Of a DNA stretch of 64,000 nucleotides, positions 1-12,359 are shown in pieces. The notes under the pieces are model-generated. The model worked only from the letters and a program-made list of their open reading frames with translations. It was not told the origin of the DNA and ran no database searches. The position numbers and the translations under genes are program-made. Origin of the DNA: Phoronis australis (Eukaryota; Animalia; Phoronida); the NCBI GenBank assembly GCA_002633005.1, contig NMRA01000042.1:704408-768407 (forward strand), read 5' to 3'. Position 1 is the first letter of the stretch. Every line of letters begins with the position of its first letter.

Positions 1-362
1 TGCTCCAACCACAGACTACAAGTGGAAGTGGGTAGACACAAGAAAGTGGAATATTACAATAGATTATGTATGGCTTGCAATGATGGTCTTGTAGAGGATG
101 AATACCATTTCCTGTTGGTTTGCAAGGGATATTGTGAACTTAGGTCACGTTTTATGAAGGAAGTTCAATGGAGGCATTCAACTCAAGAATCCTGTATATG
201 CCTGCTCGCTAATCCAGATATATCTGCTGTTAAATATGTGTATTTTGCCCTTAAAAGAGAGAACAACTCTTAAGTGGGTTGACTGCTTGTGCAAATGTGC
301 CTGATTAATTGTTTTGTTTATTGTACTTTGGGCCAGAGGCCTTCAATACAAATACAAATAAA
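1..362 (+). mobile_element. 3' end of a non-LTR retrotransposon (LINE): C-terminal cysteine-rich zinc-binding region plus short tail
   Basis: Translation CSNHRLQVEVGRH...RLCMACNDGLVEDEYHFLLVCKGYCELR fits the CxxC...ExHxxxxC motif at LINE ORF2 C-termini; stop at 273, then an (AATACA)-like tail at about 345-362. Clade not determinable. Confidence 0.75.
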
Positions 363-1108
363 CTACACGATCACAAACTACACGAACATTCTTGTTTTCC
401 AAACAAGGACACAAAGGAAGTATTGGTTTTCTTAAAAAAATCAGCATCAAGGGTTATGGAATGGTATCAAGAACCTTGACTAGTCATTATTTGTAAGTAC
501 ATAACAAATATGAAACTACAAGGATATAAAAGGAGAAAACTGAGCAGTAAGTTTTGAGGGCGTGAGAAAAGAGGTCTGAAACTGCTATTAAAAGGCAAAT
601 GCATGTTGTGAAACTAGATGATTATTAACAAAGAATAATGACTCATGAAAACTCTTTAAACATGTGACTGGCTGGAAACCGATACTTACGGTGTATAATA
701 AAATAGTGACTGAACAATGTCTGATAGGCATGTTTTTTAAGTTAAACCAATATTTGACATGCCAGAAAATAAGGCCAACCAACTTCATGAAAGGAAGTAA
801 ATTTATAGTTTCACAACTACCGTGTTCGCCCTAATAACTGCCTAGGGCGCTTAGAAAAAATCGTTTCGGGGGGCGCTTATGAAACCCCGATCTCCGAAAC
901 GGGTGAAATCGGAAGCTAAGCTTCATCATATTTACGCTCTGTGACGTATCTAACCTATGACAGACTTTCTACAAAATTTTGTTGCATTGCTATCAAACTT
1001 AGCTGTTAAATTACGATCATTTCACAGAAAATTGTGCTGAAATCCCACAGTGAAACTCGCCGACTGACTGCCTCGCAATCGTTGATATGGCGTCTTGAAT
1101 GCTTCAAC

Positions 1109-2390
1109 AACAAGAGCAACGTGGAGCGTTGAAATGCACCCACGAATGCATCGCAAATGGTGTGCTTCTAGTGTTATTTATTTGTATCATAAAAATGGCC
1201 ACTAGATGGCGCAAAAACTTACAATGCATCCAAATACAGCTATGGATGCAAAACAAAACATAGCTACCACTAGGAGGCGCCACAGTAGTCAGTCGCCATC
1301 ATCAAACGTCCTCTTCACACTGAGAACATTTCAATTTTCAAAACTATCCCTAGGATTTGGTTGACCAGGGTTTGAAAACAGCAAAAATGGCCACTAGGTG
1401 GCGCAAAATACCTAAATTCCATCCAAAAACAGGACCAAAGCATCATCTCTTCAATAGATGCCTATATTAAAAATTTTATGAAAATCGGTTTTGGACCTTT
1501 GAAGATACAGAGGTAAACGTAAAAAACTAAAATTGCCACTAGGGGGCACACGAGTGGTCACATCCATCCGAAAGTCGTCGCTGTTTGTTGTCAACATCAT
1601 ATAAATACACTTGCTAAATCAAATAAAGATCCTGCAAACAGTTTAGGAAATACAGCCATGAGAGCAAAAAAATGCCAACAGGAGGCGCCACAGTAATTGA
1701 AGTTGGAAAATCAACGTCAGCTGTCCACTTCATAGTTAAAACATACATGCCAATTTTCACAATTATCCTGAAAGCGGTTTGGTTGATAGACGAGTGGACG
1801 CCAAAAAACAGACTCGAAAACAGTAAAAATGGCCACTAGGTGGCGCAAACTAGGTCGAATCCATCTGCAAATGGAGAGATGGCGTCACCTTATTAACAGA
1901 TGCCTGTATGTCAAATTTTATGAAAATACATTGAGGACCTTTGAAGAGAGAGGTAAATGTAAAAAAATAAAATTGACACTACGTGGCACACCAGTAGTCA
2001 GATCTGTCTGATAGCCATCATCCTGCGTTATTAACATCATACAATAAAACAGTAAAAATGGCCACTAGGTGGTGCAAAATACCTCAAATCCATCCGAAAA
2101 CGAAAGAATAGCGTCACCTCATTAATAGATGCCTATGTTCCAAATTTCATGAAAATCGGTTGAGCACCTTTCAAGATACAGAAGCAAACATAAAAAAACT
2201 AAAATTGCCACCAGGAGGCACAGCGGTATTTGAGTCGATCCGAAACTCGCCGCCCTCTGTCATCAACCCCATAGGAACACACCTGCCAAATTTCAATAAG
2301 ATCCTGCAAGGGGTTTAGGAGATACAGCCACGGACGCCGGACAGAGATGACGGCAATATGCACCCACATATAAATATGTGGGCGCATAAA
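1109..2390 (+). mobile_element. Helentron-associated non-autonomous element (HINE/DINE-1-like), family A copy 1
   Basis: Starts AACAAGAGCAACG; subterminal inverted repeat ATGCACCCAC/GTGGGCGCAT; terminal hairpin at about 2357-2388; internal tandem units of about 145 bp; GGAC-like microsatellite remnant; inserted in an A-run without TSD (empty site at about 63050). Confidence 0.75.
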
Positions 2391-3489
2391 AATACAGTTT
2401 GGACTCAAACAAATTACCTGAAATCCTCCTTAAGTTTTCGAAATAGTGTCCCTGAGATTTTTAAGTTCCCGTGGAGTCAGGATTAATGGCAGGTTAAGTA
2501 CAAATCTGTGCTACATCGTGACATTTGTTTTCAGTTCGTCTGCGTGTGTGTCACCAGAGTTCATTTGCCAGAGTAAACACAATCCAACGAGCTAGATGGG
2601 CATTGTATCTACCGTAAAGTCAGTAAAGGAATTATCACAAGCAGTGAAAGCAGAACGTGTTTCAATCAGCACTTGCCGGTCTCATGTGCTAAAAACGTTC
2701 GACATTTGTCTCGGTAAGGCCCAAAATAGTCGCCGTGAGGCTGGACGCGTACGTGACTATCTGACAGTTATTTTTTGGTGTAAGGGTGCGTAAGCATTTA
2801 CTGTCAGTGGTCATTTTGTGGTATATTTGGCTTAAAAACATCAATTTTGATTAATCGAACAATCGCTCTTAAAAATAACGTTAACATTTTCTATAGTATT
2901 AGAAACTGTCGGAAATTAGTGCCAATATTCATTTTTTGCCGATGCTATGCTAACCGTCTCATGAATGGATATTTCCCAACTAATGTCTTTGATGCGCTTT
3001 CTGGCCACCTGCTTTTAAAACTGGCCAAGTTTTTTATTTATTAGTCTTCATTTCGCGGTTTTCACCTGTACAAAGAAATTTGGATTCCTGTTGAGGGAGG
3101 GATATACTACATAGGCGGATTTAGGGGGGGCCCAGGGGGCCAGGGCCCCCCCCCCTTGGCTGCCGCAAAAAAATCAAACAGCAAGAGCGTAGGGGAATGT
3201 TGAATTTATTAATTAACCCCGGTAATTAAAATTAGACGGATGAAACAAGATTTAAATGTGTGCAGTTTTAGTGTTTGGGGAGGGCTCAGATCCAATTTCA
3301 AGTGTCATATTCAGAACACAGCGCATTGGTAATGGAACTATGGCTAGGTATAAGCTGTCCCGCGATATCCCAGGCGACCGGCAATGGCGCTGCACACTAC
3401 GACTCCGTTTCCGTCGTCTGTTCCAGTGTGCAATGAAAAAAATTTACTTCATTTTTATAAAGAAAATGGAAACTGAGTGACGATGAAAA

Positions 3490-4360
3490 ATGACGATAAA
3501 GATGATGACGAAGATGACGAATATGACGAAGATGGTGGTGAGGATGAACAAAAGAAGTTAATAACATACACATGACGAACGTAGGAGTCCGAAATCAGTA
3601 AGAAAAAGGCTAGTCTTGAGCGACACTTGGCGAAATTAAGGAAAAGACGGAGATGATGACGAAGATGATGACGATGATGACGAATATGATGATGTTGGTG
3701 GCGATGATGAACAACATCACAACATTCATATGACGAATTTAGATGTCATAAATCATTAAGAAATAGGCTGCAGTCTAGTTCAATTGAAGCTAAACCAACC
3801 TGAATGCAGCAAGAGCGNNNNNNNNNNNNNNNNNNNNNNNNNNNNNNNNNNNNNNNNNNNNNNNNNNNNNNNNNNNNNNNNNNNNNNNNNNNNNNNNNNN
3901 NNNNNNNNNNNNNNNNNNNNNNNNNNNNNNNNNNNNNNNNNNNNNNNNNNNNNNNNNNNNNNNNNNNNNNNNNNNNNNNNNNNNNNNNNNNNNNNNNNNN
4001 NNNNNNNNNNNNNNCGATATTTCCGCCATCTTTAATCGGAAGTAAACTATTTCCCATATGCTTGTAGCAAACTTCCGGTCCACTTACTGTGCCGATTCTT
4101 AGCCTTTTACGTAAAAAATTGTAGCCTCCAGAAGCATTTGAACCTTTAAATGAAAACAAAATGGCCGCCACAGCCGCCATCTTGGATCCGATTTTGACGA
4201 AAAACAATAGGCTTCCAGTACTTCCGGAAGTTCGTATTATGTGTAAATTTCGTGATGATCGGACGAAAATTGCGACCTGTATCGTGCGAACAAACAAAAA
4301 AAAAAAAAAAAAACATAGTGTCAGAGCGATATACTTGGCGATAAATTTCGCCAAGTAAAA
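3490..4360 (+). mobile_element. HINE-like element family B, truncated copy spanning an N gap
   Basis: Terminal hairpin ACTTGGCGA-TAAATT-TCGCCAAGT at about 4333-4356; GAT/GAC-rich repeats; reverse complement of 15883-17040; absent from the sister hAT5-like copy. Confidence 0.7.
3818..4014. other. Assembly gap (N run)
   Basis: Run of Ns inside a repeat. Confidence 0.99.
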
Positions 4361-7002
4361 AAGAAACTGCTGGTAAGATGTGAATTTTAATCGAAGCTTT
4401 GGTGAATCACTCACAAACTCATAATTCTCTCTTTGTCAAACCTTAACTTAAGACGATTTCCAAAGCAATCCCGTCATTACTGCCAATACGAAAAACGGAT
4501 TTGGTCTTTTGGGCATTTGAAGACTATTTTAATTACAACAAATTTGTTAAGAACCGATTGCACAAAATATAAAACGTGTAATAAGCATTACAAAAAGAAG
4601 TAGGTTTCGCACGCAAACGCTGTGGACCATAAACAAGTAGGCCTCTTAGCACAAGGTTAGTAGTTAAATCGTGGTGGTGTAGTGGTAAAGCACGCACTCT
4701 CTAACAGCCAGGTCGTGAGTTCAAGTCTGTGGTACATACGGTTTTTCCTGTTTGATACGTTCTCTGTGTTTTTTTGCCTTTTTTCGTGGATAATACTTCA
4801 GGAATAAAGGAAAATGCTTGATTTTTAAAGGAAAAAACAGAAAAATATCTCCCCTCCCGACCTCCCCTCATTCGGTGCTATATGCATCTATAATCGTGGT
4901 TTGCGCAAATGCTTACAGCCGGACAAAATGTTGGGGCTCCCCCCTTGTGATATCCTAGATCCGCCACTGTACTACAGTACAATCCCATTGACAAGTACAC
5001 TACGTCTGTTCTGACGGGCCAGACCATAGTGGGACACACTCCTCGCAAGATCAGCAAAACTTCTGTGTTCGTTTTGAGGCACGGCAGAAGTTTGAAGTGT
5101 ATAGCCACAGCTAAATACCGACATAGCGGCGAGGCTCGTGGTCTACTAGAAATTCCACGCACAATGATTTTTTCAGGACTGTCGGATATTATTGATCAAT
5201 TACTGTAGAATTTTAGAACTGTAGGTAAGGCATTTTTTTGCACGTACACGTTCATGGTTTGGGCGCAAAGTCTGAAAACGCATGAGGGGGTGCTTATAGG
5301 AGCATGGGCAAATACGGTATGCTATTTAAAGACACATAACCTTTCCAAAAGAACCCCTTTAATACAGCCATAGCTAATAGTGCCTTCTCATTTGGGAACT
5401 TAAGTTTAACCAAGCTTCACCAAAACTTTGCTTACCTTTACGACTAGACAGTGATAGCAAAGGTATCGCTAAATGGTGATTCAGTCACCGGAGTAGACAC
5501 CACATGGCGCAGTTCATTCATGCTCTCAAACAAATATTGAATAGTGGGTTCGAGACTTATTGAAATTTGTTCTCCTGCTATTTATGACTGTTTATGAAAA
5601 TGATCAGTGTGTTTCTTCATCAGATAGCCTTTCTTTAACTTATTTACATGCATCTATTGAGAGCAGGTGGGCTACGCTACAATAACAAAGAACACATTTT
5701 GCAAATCTCGCATGATCGTATATCATTGACGTGACCTTTATCAAGAACTTCCACGAAGCTTCGCTCTGATCCTTCCCATTCCACCAAAGTCTTGGTGAGT
5801 ACCAAAGCTTTGCATTTAGATCCTGTTTTCAGTGAAGTTTCGCTTAAAGATTGACTACCGGAGTTAACCTTTACCACTTACCGAAACTGCAGTAAAAGGG
5901 AAGTTTCACCTCTAATGGGAAAGCACCTTCAATGTGAATACAGCCATGACCACTCGTCAACTTATGAATAAATTGTACATCACCCAGGTCAAACAGTGAC
6001 CAACCAAAATTTTGAATTTCAGATTTTCAGACTACGTATAGTTCTTTAAAATTCAAAAAAAAAAAAAATAATTGGCAAAATCAACATATTTCCAATTTTC
6101 ACGTTAACTGTATTGTAAAAGTGCTCAAAGTTCATTCTGTGCTAGCTGATGTCAGTTGTTCAATGTTAACTTTGGGAAAAGATGAAGTGAACTTTGTTCC
6201 TGCTTTTCTTTCATTGTTCTGTCATATTGTGCTCTAAATTGAAGTGCAACCAACAAATTTCAAGCATTTAGCCGATGAAAATTTAAGCTGATAAAAAATT
6301 GAGCCGATAAAAAATTGAGAAGTTTTTAATTCAAAATTTATTTAGTGCCAAAGGCAGTATACTGAAAACAAAGTATGCCTAACCGATTTCTGACACCTAC
6401 CGACACCGCATGGAGTGAATTAAATCCTAGGTACCACAACGTTTCAAATTTTGAAAATTAACAAGTTGAGTATCGGCTAATTTATTATACCTGGAAGTAT
6501 GAACTTTTATTGTTTTAGGAGCCTACAGCAACTATAAACATGTCCACTGAATAAGGAAAACAACAAGTCAAAATGTTTTATTTTGGTTGAAGAGAAAGAA
6601 ATAACTGCAATGATATCATGCCAACATTCCCGCAAAAGGCAAAATACTATCCTCACACATTGAGAAGAGCTCACATTCACATACAGCGCCATCTATAGGA
6701 TCATTCTAACATTATCTGGAAACCATGTAGATTATACTGCAACGCACCCAATTTAAGGAGTAAGTCCCTAACTGTTTTGATTTAATTGATGGCTCAGTTT
6801 TTAGTTATATTATTAGAAAATGTCTTTATTCAAAGACGAGCTCATAATAAAGATTGTATTATAGAAAAAATATTACACCTGTGCCTAAAGAACGAAACAA
6901 ATACGAAAGGACCTTAGTTGAGTCCCTATTTGGGACTGTTTCATGCAACCGGACACAAAGCACTACACTGATGTCCGTGTAATGCATGTTAGAGCATATT
7001 AT

Positions 7003-7330
7003 GGCCTTTTCATGATGTCATCATGAAAAGGCCTTCAACCATGTTTTAGGAAGTTTTAGTCATTGTGAACGATTAACTTCACTCCAGTATTGAAGTTAAC
7101 TTTAAGTTCATAGTAAACAGGTGGACTTAACACCGGAGTGTCGATGCAGCAGTGCAGTATGAGCGGTCAACTTCTCATCGAAGTTATCGCCATGGGCCAC
7201 TGCTATCAGGAACAATTAACGGGCAGTTTTGTGGCTAATATTTGCTAATACTTTGCCAGTCCCATTAGAAATAAGTCGTGTGTCAAACACCTCATTAAAT
7301 GTGTTCAAATTGTCACATTAAAAAAGATCT
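7003..7330 (-). mobile_element. Diverged partial copy of the PIF/Harbinger-like MITE family C
   Basis: Reverse-complement similarity to 12846-13342 and 46733-47239 (e.g. GTGCAGTATGA, GAAGTTATCGCCA); begins GGCCTTTTCAT. Confidence 0.55.
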
Positions 7331-8040
7331 CATACCAGAGGGGAAGAAAACCCGCCATTTCTCAGTTTACCTCAAACATCACCTTATGCATCAGTGAAAA
7401 GTTTGGGAACTGTGTGGAAGAGCATACTATGTCATAGACAGAATTAGAAATTTAAAAAATTTGGCACACATTTTCAGTGGGTTAATTTCGAAAATAGACT
7501 TAGTCAACCAAAATGCCACTTTACTCGATGAAATTATTTAAAATAAAGTTCCCTATCATCTCATAAATCACTCCTCAGTATTCAAGTCATGTCACTCACA
7601 TAACACAGGAAGAAATGAATTATTTCTTCTTTCTTTTTGTTTCCATTGAGATACCACATTTTTCATCTTGGTATTCTGTACAGTACTAGCACAGGGAACC
7701 ACAGCCCAATTACAATTGTATGTTGTATTTTTGATGAACCACCATGAAAATAATTTTTTACTTTTTGATGTTATCATGGTAGTTGTACCTATTTATTTTG
7801 TTTGTTTTTAGATTAATATGTAATTTCAAGTCCTTAAATATTTCACTTGTTTAATTGTACACTTGTGCCATCTAATGTCAAAAGTCTTGTCGTCTTTCAC
7901 TATTATATTCAGTTATGGCCCCAGGAGAATGTTCTAATCCCATACCTGCATCATTCTGTGTACCATTGAAGGATGGTTTAGCCCACATACAAATAAATAA
8001 TGGTAGTGGTACAGAGGACTCCATCCTTGCTTTTATTTAA

Positions 8041-8388
8041 AAGGACACCAAACCCAGTTTTGGCCCATGAACAGACACTAAACATGACTTTCCCGTCCAA
8101 TTCTCTGAAACGAAGTAATGCTCTGTAATCCTTGACAACCTTCAAGTTTGGAGGAAATTTGAAAACTCCTTTTCAAAGTCTGCTAAACGGGCAAGCATGA
8201 CCTACGCTTTTAGCAACAACTGTGGGAAAAGACCACCTACCAAGGACCATTATGTCCAATTTGTGAAACATGGGGTAACAGTTTTTTGTTGATTCCTGCT
8301 TTTATCTCTCAAGACTGACGTCAATGAAGCATTAGCAGGTGACAGAACGAGGACTGGTTGAAATCATCAAAACAGGGTTTAGTGTCCT
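8041..8388. mobile_element. Kolobok-like MITE (family D copy 1)
   Basis: TIR AGGACACCAAACCC / GGGTTTAGTGTCCT with TTAA flanks; second copy at 12360-12712. Confidence 0.65.
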
Positions 8389-8609
8389 TTAAAGCTGAAT
8401 TTCGTGTGGCTGTTAAGCTAATGTTGAATTCTTAACTGAAGTGCTATGGGGTTTAGAAATACTACCATGTTTAACAAATCTAGAATTTCTGAGAAGGAGC
8501 TAGCTACTCAAGTCACAAGCGACGCGAACACATGCCAATCCCAATAAATTTTCATGAGTCACTGACGGTTTTGATTTTCTCCTTGGTAACAGAAACATGA
8601 TTCCATCAT

Positions 8610-8817
8610 AAAAAATATGAGCAGAACCCCAGAAATCGCTTTCGCATTACATCCAGGTTTTCAATCACTCTCTTGCGTACAATAGTAAGACGGAGCTCAG
8701 AGGAGTAGGAGAAACCTTTGAGCAATGCTCAATTGTCAGCCAATAAAGCCAGGATTCGAACCCGGGTCTGCCAAACGGGAGTCCGGAGCTCAAACCTCTA
8801 AGCCACACTACCTCCTC
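8610..8817 (-). mobile_element. tRNA-derived SINE
   Basis: Minus strand GAGGAGGTAGTGTGGCTTAGAGGT (A box) ... GGGTTCGAATCC (B box), followed by a non-tRNA body and T-rich tail. Confidence 0.6.
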
Positions 8818-8949
8818 ATGATAAGGATTGTGAGACTGATGTTTTGCCAATTAAACAGGATAAAAGTCAGCTTTAATTTTTACATCGATTCACAATTATT
8901 AAAAAATGAACCATTGATTGCCAAAGATCCATGACGTATTGGCTCCTAC

Positions 8950-9082
8950 CTATATCAGGTCTTGTCTCCATCAGGCTGCGTACAGCCTGTAGGGCATGTT
9001 GCCGATGCTCAGGGACTTCATTCAGTTCCACTCTGGCCTTTTCTATCAGCTGCTGACTGAGACCCCAGCCATATTGGGCCAT
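8950..9082 (-). CDS. CLVS: Clavesin-like CRAL-TRIO protein, first recognisable coding exon (partial gene)
   Basis: MAQYGWGLSQQLIEKARVELNEVPEHRQHALQAVRSLMETRPDI(G) resembles the clavesin N-terminus (GLSPETIEKARLELNE...TRPDIG); phase-1 donor G|GTAGGA at 8949. Downstream exons not found in the window. Confidence 0.8.
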
Positions 9083-10439
9083 CCTACATCCAAGGTGGGT
9101 CAGAGAGGCAGGATGGCGTCAACGTAAGTTCATTTCTAAAATGAACAAATATTCAAATTATAAGTTACCCGTACCCACAACTTACATATCATCAAAAGCA
9201 TTAGCCAAGGGTGCAATGTTGCACAATTGTCCAACGCCACTGTATTGTTATTACCAGTTTCAGTCTCTCAAGTTGCTCTACAAGCCAAATGAAGGGGTCT
9301 GTCACAACAAACCAATTCTCAGAACACGCGAGCAAAAACCTAAAACTAATAAAATGTACTCAGGTGGAAATTTGGCTAAAAACATAAAAATTGCAAATGA
9401 CCCAGTCTATGGGATTCGTGTTCAGACTGTACCGTAACAACCATTTTCAAGGATTACCCAAGTCCTGTATGTCAAAATTCACGAGAACAGAGAGAATTGC
9501 CTAGTAATGTTGTGGCAGCAAGTCTTCATATAGCAGGCATACATGGATACTCCGACTCAAATTTGGACACCTTAGCTAGCACAAACTGTTCAGCCTTTGG
9601 ATGGCCAAGTGTAAAGCAAGCAAGAAAACACAGCCTGAGAATTGAGGAAACCCATTTCCGATGTCTTATATTTAAATCCTGGATGAATCCATGTGTGACA
9701 GGGCCATCACTTGGAACACATAGTCCTACCAATCATACACAAGGCAGAAAAGACACATCACTCAAAATATCTTCAACTGTTAAACCTCCCTCACTTCCCC
9801 CCCCTCTCCCCTCCTTCCCNCCCCCCCCCCCCCGCCCATTTTAAGTTGTAGAGCATTAAGCTAGCATAAAACACGGTTTTGAGAAATTGTAGACATACAC
9901 AACAATTGATGTTAGAAGTCTTTTAAAACTGAAATGTTGAGTTTGCCAAACACTGATGTCCAAAATTGAAGAGATTTTTTACTGTAATCAATAAGCATTT
10001 GTACTCACCAAATACCCCTCAGAATATATATGGTTGCCAAATGCCATATGATCAAACTCGCAGGAAACTAACAGGGCTTAATGAAGGATATAATGCCAAG
10101 AGCAAACAGAGCTTACCAACAGAGGGAAGACCACATCATTAAGAGGCTTTGGAATAAATATAGCATGCTGTTGCACAACCCAGTACTGGATATCAATGAC
10201 TTGGTCATGTTTCTGGGTTAATTTAATCTCACGTTCCAACTGGCACATCTTTGCACCAAACTCGATCAATTCACAGGTAACATATTATAAGACCGGAGAC
10301 CTTTTTCTCAGTTTGACATAGGAACAATTCAAGACAGCAGTTTCAAAATCATTGTGTCATGCAATTTTCAGTATTCTGAAAAGGAGGATTTCATTGCTGT
10401 TTAGCTGTAATGTAATCTAAATGGAAGCGATTAGGGGTT

Positions 10440-12103
10440 TAAAACATTTCCACATTAATCCCATCTTGAATTAATGCCCAATGAACCAGCGACTCAAGTC
10501 ACAGCCAATGCATAGATGTACCATTTTCCAATTCCCAATTTAAGGATTGACCAACCCCAATATATTTTGAGGTGCTGACAGTTTCAATTTTCTTGTTATT
10601 AACAAAAACCGAATCGTCACAGAAAAAATTATGATACAAATTAAATGAGCTGAACAGTGCTGAAAAAATTCCTGTCAGGGAACACTTATCATGGACAAAA
10701 ACAAATTTCATGTTCTTGGGGATTAATTTCCAAGTCAGCTTACATGATATGGCAGATTAGAATTACTTGGCAAAATTGAAAGATATTGAATTAATTTTGA
10801 AAAATTGGTTTAAAAGAATTTTGACGACTTTCGGGAGGATTACAATAATCAAGGCGCTAGCGGTTTTAAAAATTGTACATCTTCTGATATTCTTGCCACA
10901 ACCTTCGAAATATATTCTAGAAAAACTGAACTCAGTGTTTTCTAAATTCCTCTGGCAAGGTCGCAGTGACAAAATTAAGCGCTCCCGAGCTGTTTGTAAT
11001 TATAATGAAGGAGGTATCAGAATGATTAACATATTTTCATTCTGTAAGGCTTTAAAGATTAACACGTAAACAAAATTTGTTAACGGTCAGTCTAAGACTG
11101 CTGGTTTGTTTCATTTGATTTTTCCTGAATTTAGAATTTTCGCTAAGTATGGAGTTGACTTTCTCAAGATAAAGTTGCCTAATATTGACAATCACTTCTG
11201 GAAAGATTTTTTTGAATGTGTAATCTCCTTTGGAAATTGTTTGAAGATCAAAAATCAGATAGATTTTGTTAACCAACCTTTATGGTTTAGCAGTGATCTA
11301 CAGGCAGGAGGAAAAAGTATTTTCTACAGAAACTGGTGCAATAGAGGCATAGTCTTTATAAAGGACTTGTTTTCCCCAGACGGTAATATTTTGAACTATA
11401 GATTTATTGTGGATATTTTAGGTATCAAAACGAACTTTATGGAGTACAATAGTCTAATTTCAGTGATATTTAAGTACCAACAGAAATGTGGTATTGATAG
11501 AGTTGTTAGTTTTGGTGCGTATTGTCCTGTTATGCCAACGATTTTAATGAAACTGAAAAGTGGTGGGAGAGGGTGTCAACATATCTGTACACAATTAAAT
11601 TATACTTCTGAAGTCTCAAAAGCGGAGTCAAAATGGGTCAAGGAACTGAACGTAAACACAACTAATTTTTCATGGGAAGATGTTTATTCCCTTCTATATA
11701 ACACAACAAGAAACCCAAGAATTAGGTGGCTTCAGTTCAGACTCTTGACGAGAATTTTGACTACTAACTCATTTTTAAAAATAATTCAAGTACGGATGAT
11801 GACTCTTGTTCCTTTTGTGGACAATCGAAAGAGACTTTGAAACACTTATTTTGGGAATGTGAAACAGTAAATTCATTTTGGACAAGAGTTAATAATGAAA
11901 TTTTGAACAAAGCAAATCCCCTGTGTGTCAGCACTCTCTCCTGCAACGTTATTTTTGGCTTTTTTGATAAAAACGAAAATTTTAAAAACATTGTTTTATT
12001 ATTGGGTGAACAGTTTATTTATACCCAAAAGTTTGGATCAAAAAGATTACTTCTAAGTAGATTTTTTAAATTCATCAAAGAATATTACATGAGTGAAAAG
12101 TGA
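10440..12103 (+). mobile_element. Decayed L1/Tx1-like LINE, 3' part of ORF2 with stops and frameshifts
   Basis: ORF pieces 10767-11069 (WFKRILTTFGRITIIK...FLWQG...EGGIRM), 11106-11840 and 11837-12103 (ETLKHLFWEC..VNSFW, zf-RVT-like). Left boundary approximate. Confidence 0.85.
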
Positions 12104-12359
12104 CCCTTGATAGATAAATCCACTAGCTCACACGAATGCCACATGGCTCACTCTAAAGTCAGGCGCAAGGGTCCAGGGGGTCTGCCCCCTGCTCGTTCAT
12201 TGTTATATTGCTGTAAGGGAGGAATGACAAGCGCCCCCTATATTTGTTCCTTGTTGAACTCTTGGACAAAATTCTGGATCCACGGCTGCTAGTAACATTT
12301 AGCACTTGTCTTCCTTTATTGTGCTAGCTATTGCAAAGGAATGGCTGGCAACCCCTTAA

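Larger units (their letters stand above)
3110..4969. mobile_element. Non-autonomous TIR element with 5-bp TSD (hAT5-like), copy 1
   Basis: TIRs CATAGGCGGATTTAGG / CCTAGATCCGCCACTG; TACTA duplicated on both sides; reverse-orientation copy at 52834-53814. Confidence 0.75.
820..5317. mobile_element. Non-autonomous Tc1/mariner-pogo-like TIR element (family P, copy 1) hosting nested insertions
   Basis: TA-CCGTGTTCGCCC at 818 and GGGCAAATACGG-TA at 5319 (imperfect TIR, TA flanks); internal segments are colinear with the uninterrupted copy starting at 62745. Confidence 0.75.

Noticed and set aside
3480-3740. Poly-Asp-like GAT/GAC stretch as an acidic protein exon
   Set aside because: Interrupted by stops and present in reverse at 16800-17040 as the internal repeat of HINE-B.
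3746-4414. 222-aa and overlapping ORFs
   Set aside because: Artefacts of reading through an N gap inside HINE-B.
9497-10375. ORFs at 9497-9844, 9526-9732 and 10078-10269 as separate genes
   Set aside because: No recognisable homology; a minus-strand donor at about 10008 hints at a UTR exon but this cannot be supported without transcripts.
10440-12103. Active or domesticated reverse transcriptase
   Set aside because: Only the 3' part is present, with an in-frame stop and frameshifts; no catalytic YADD region was seen.
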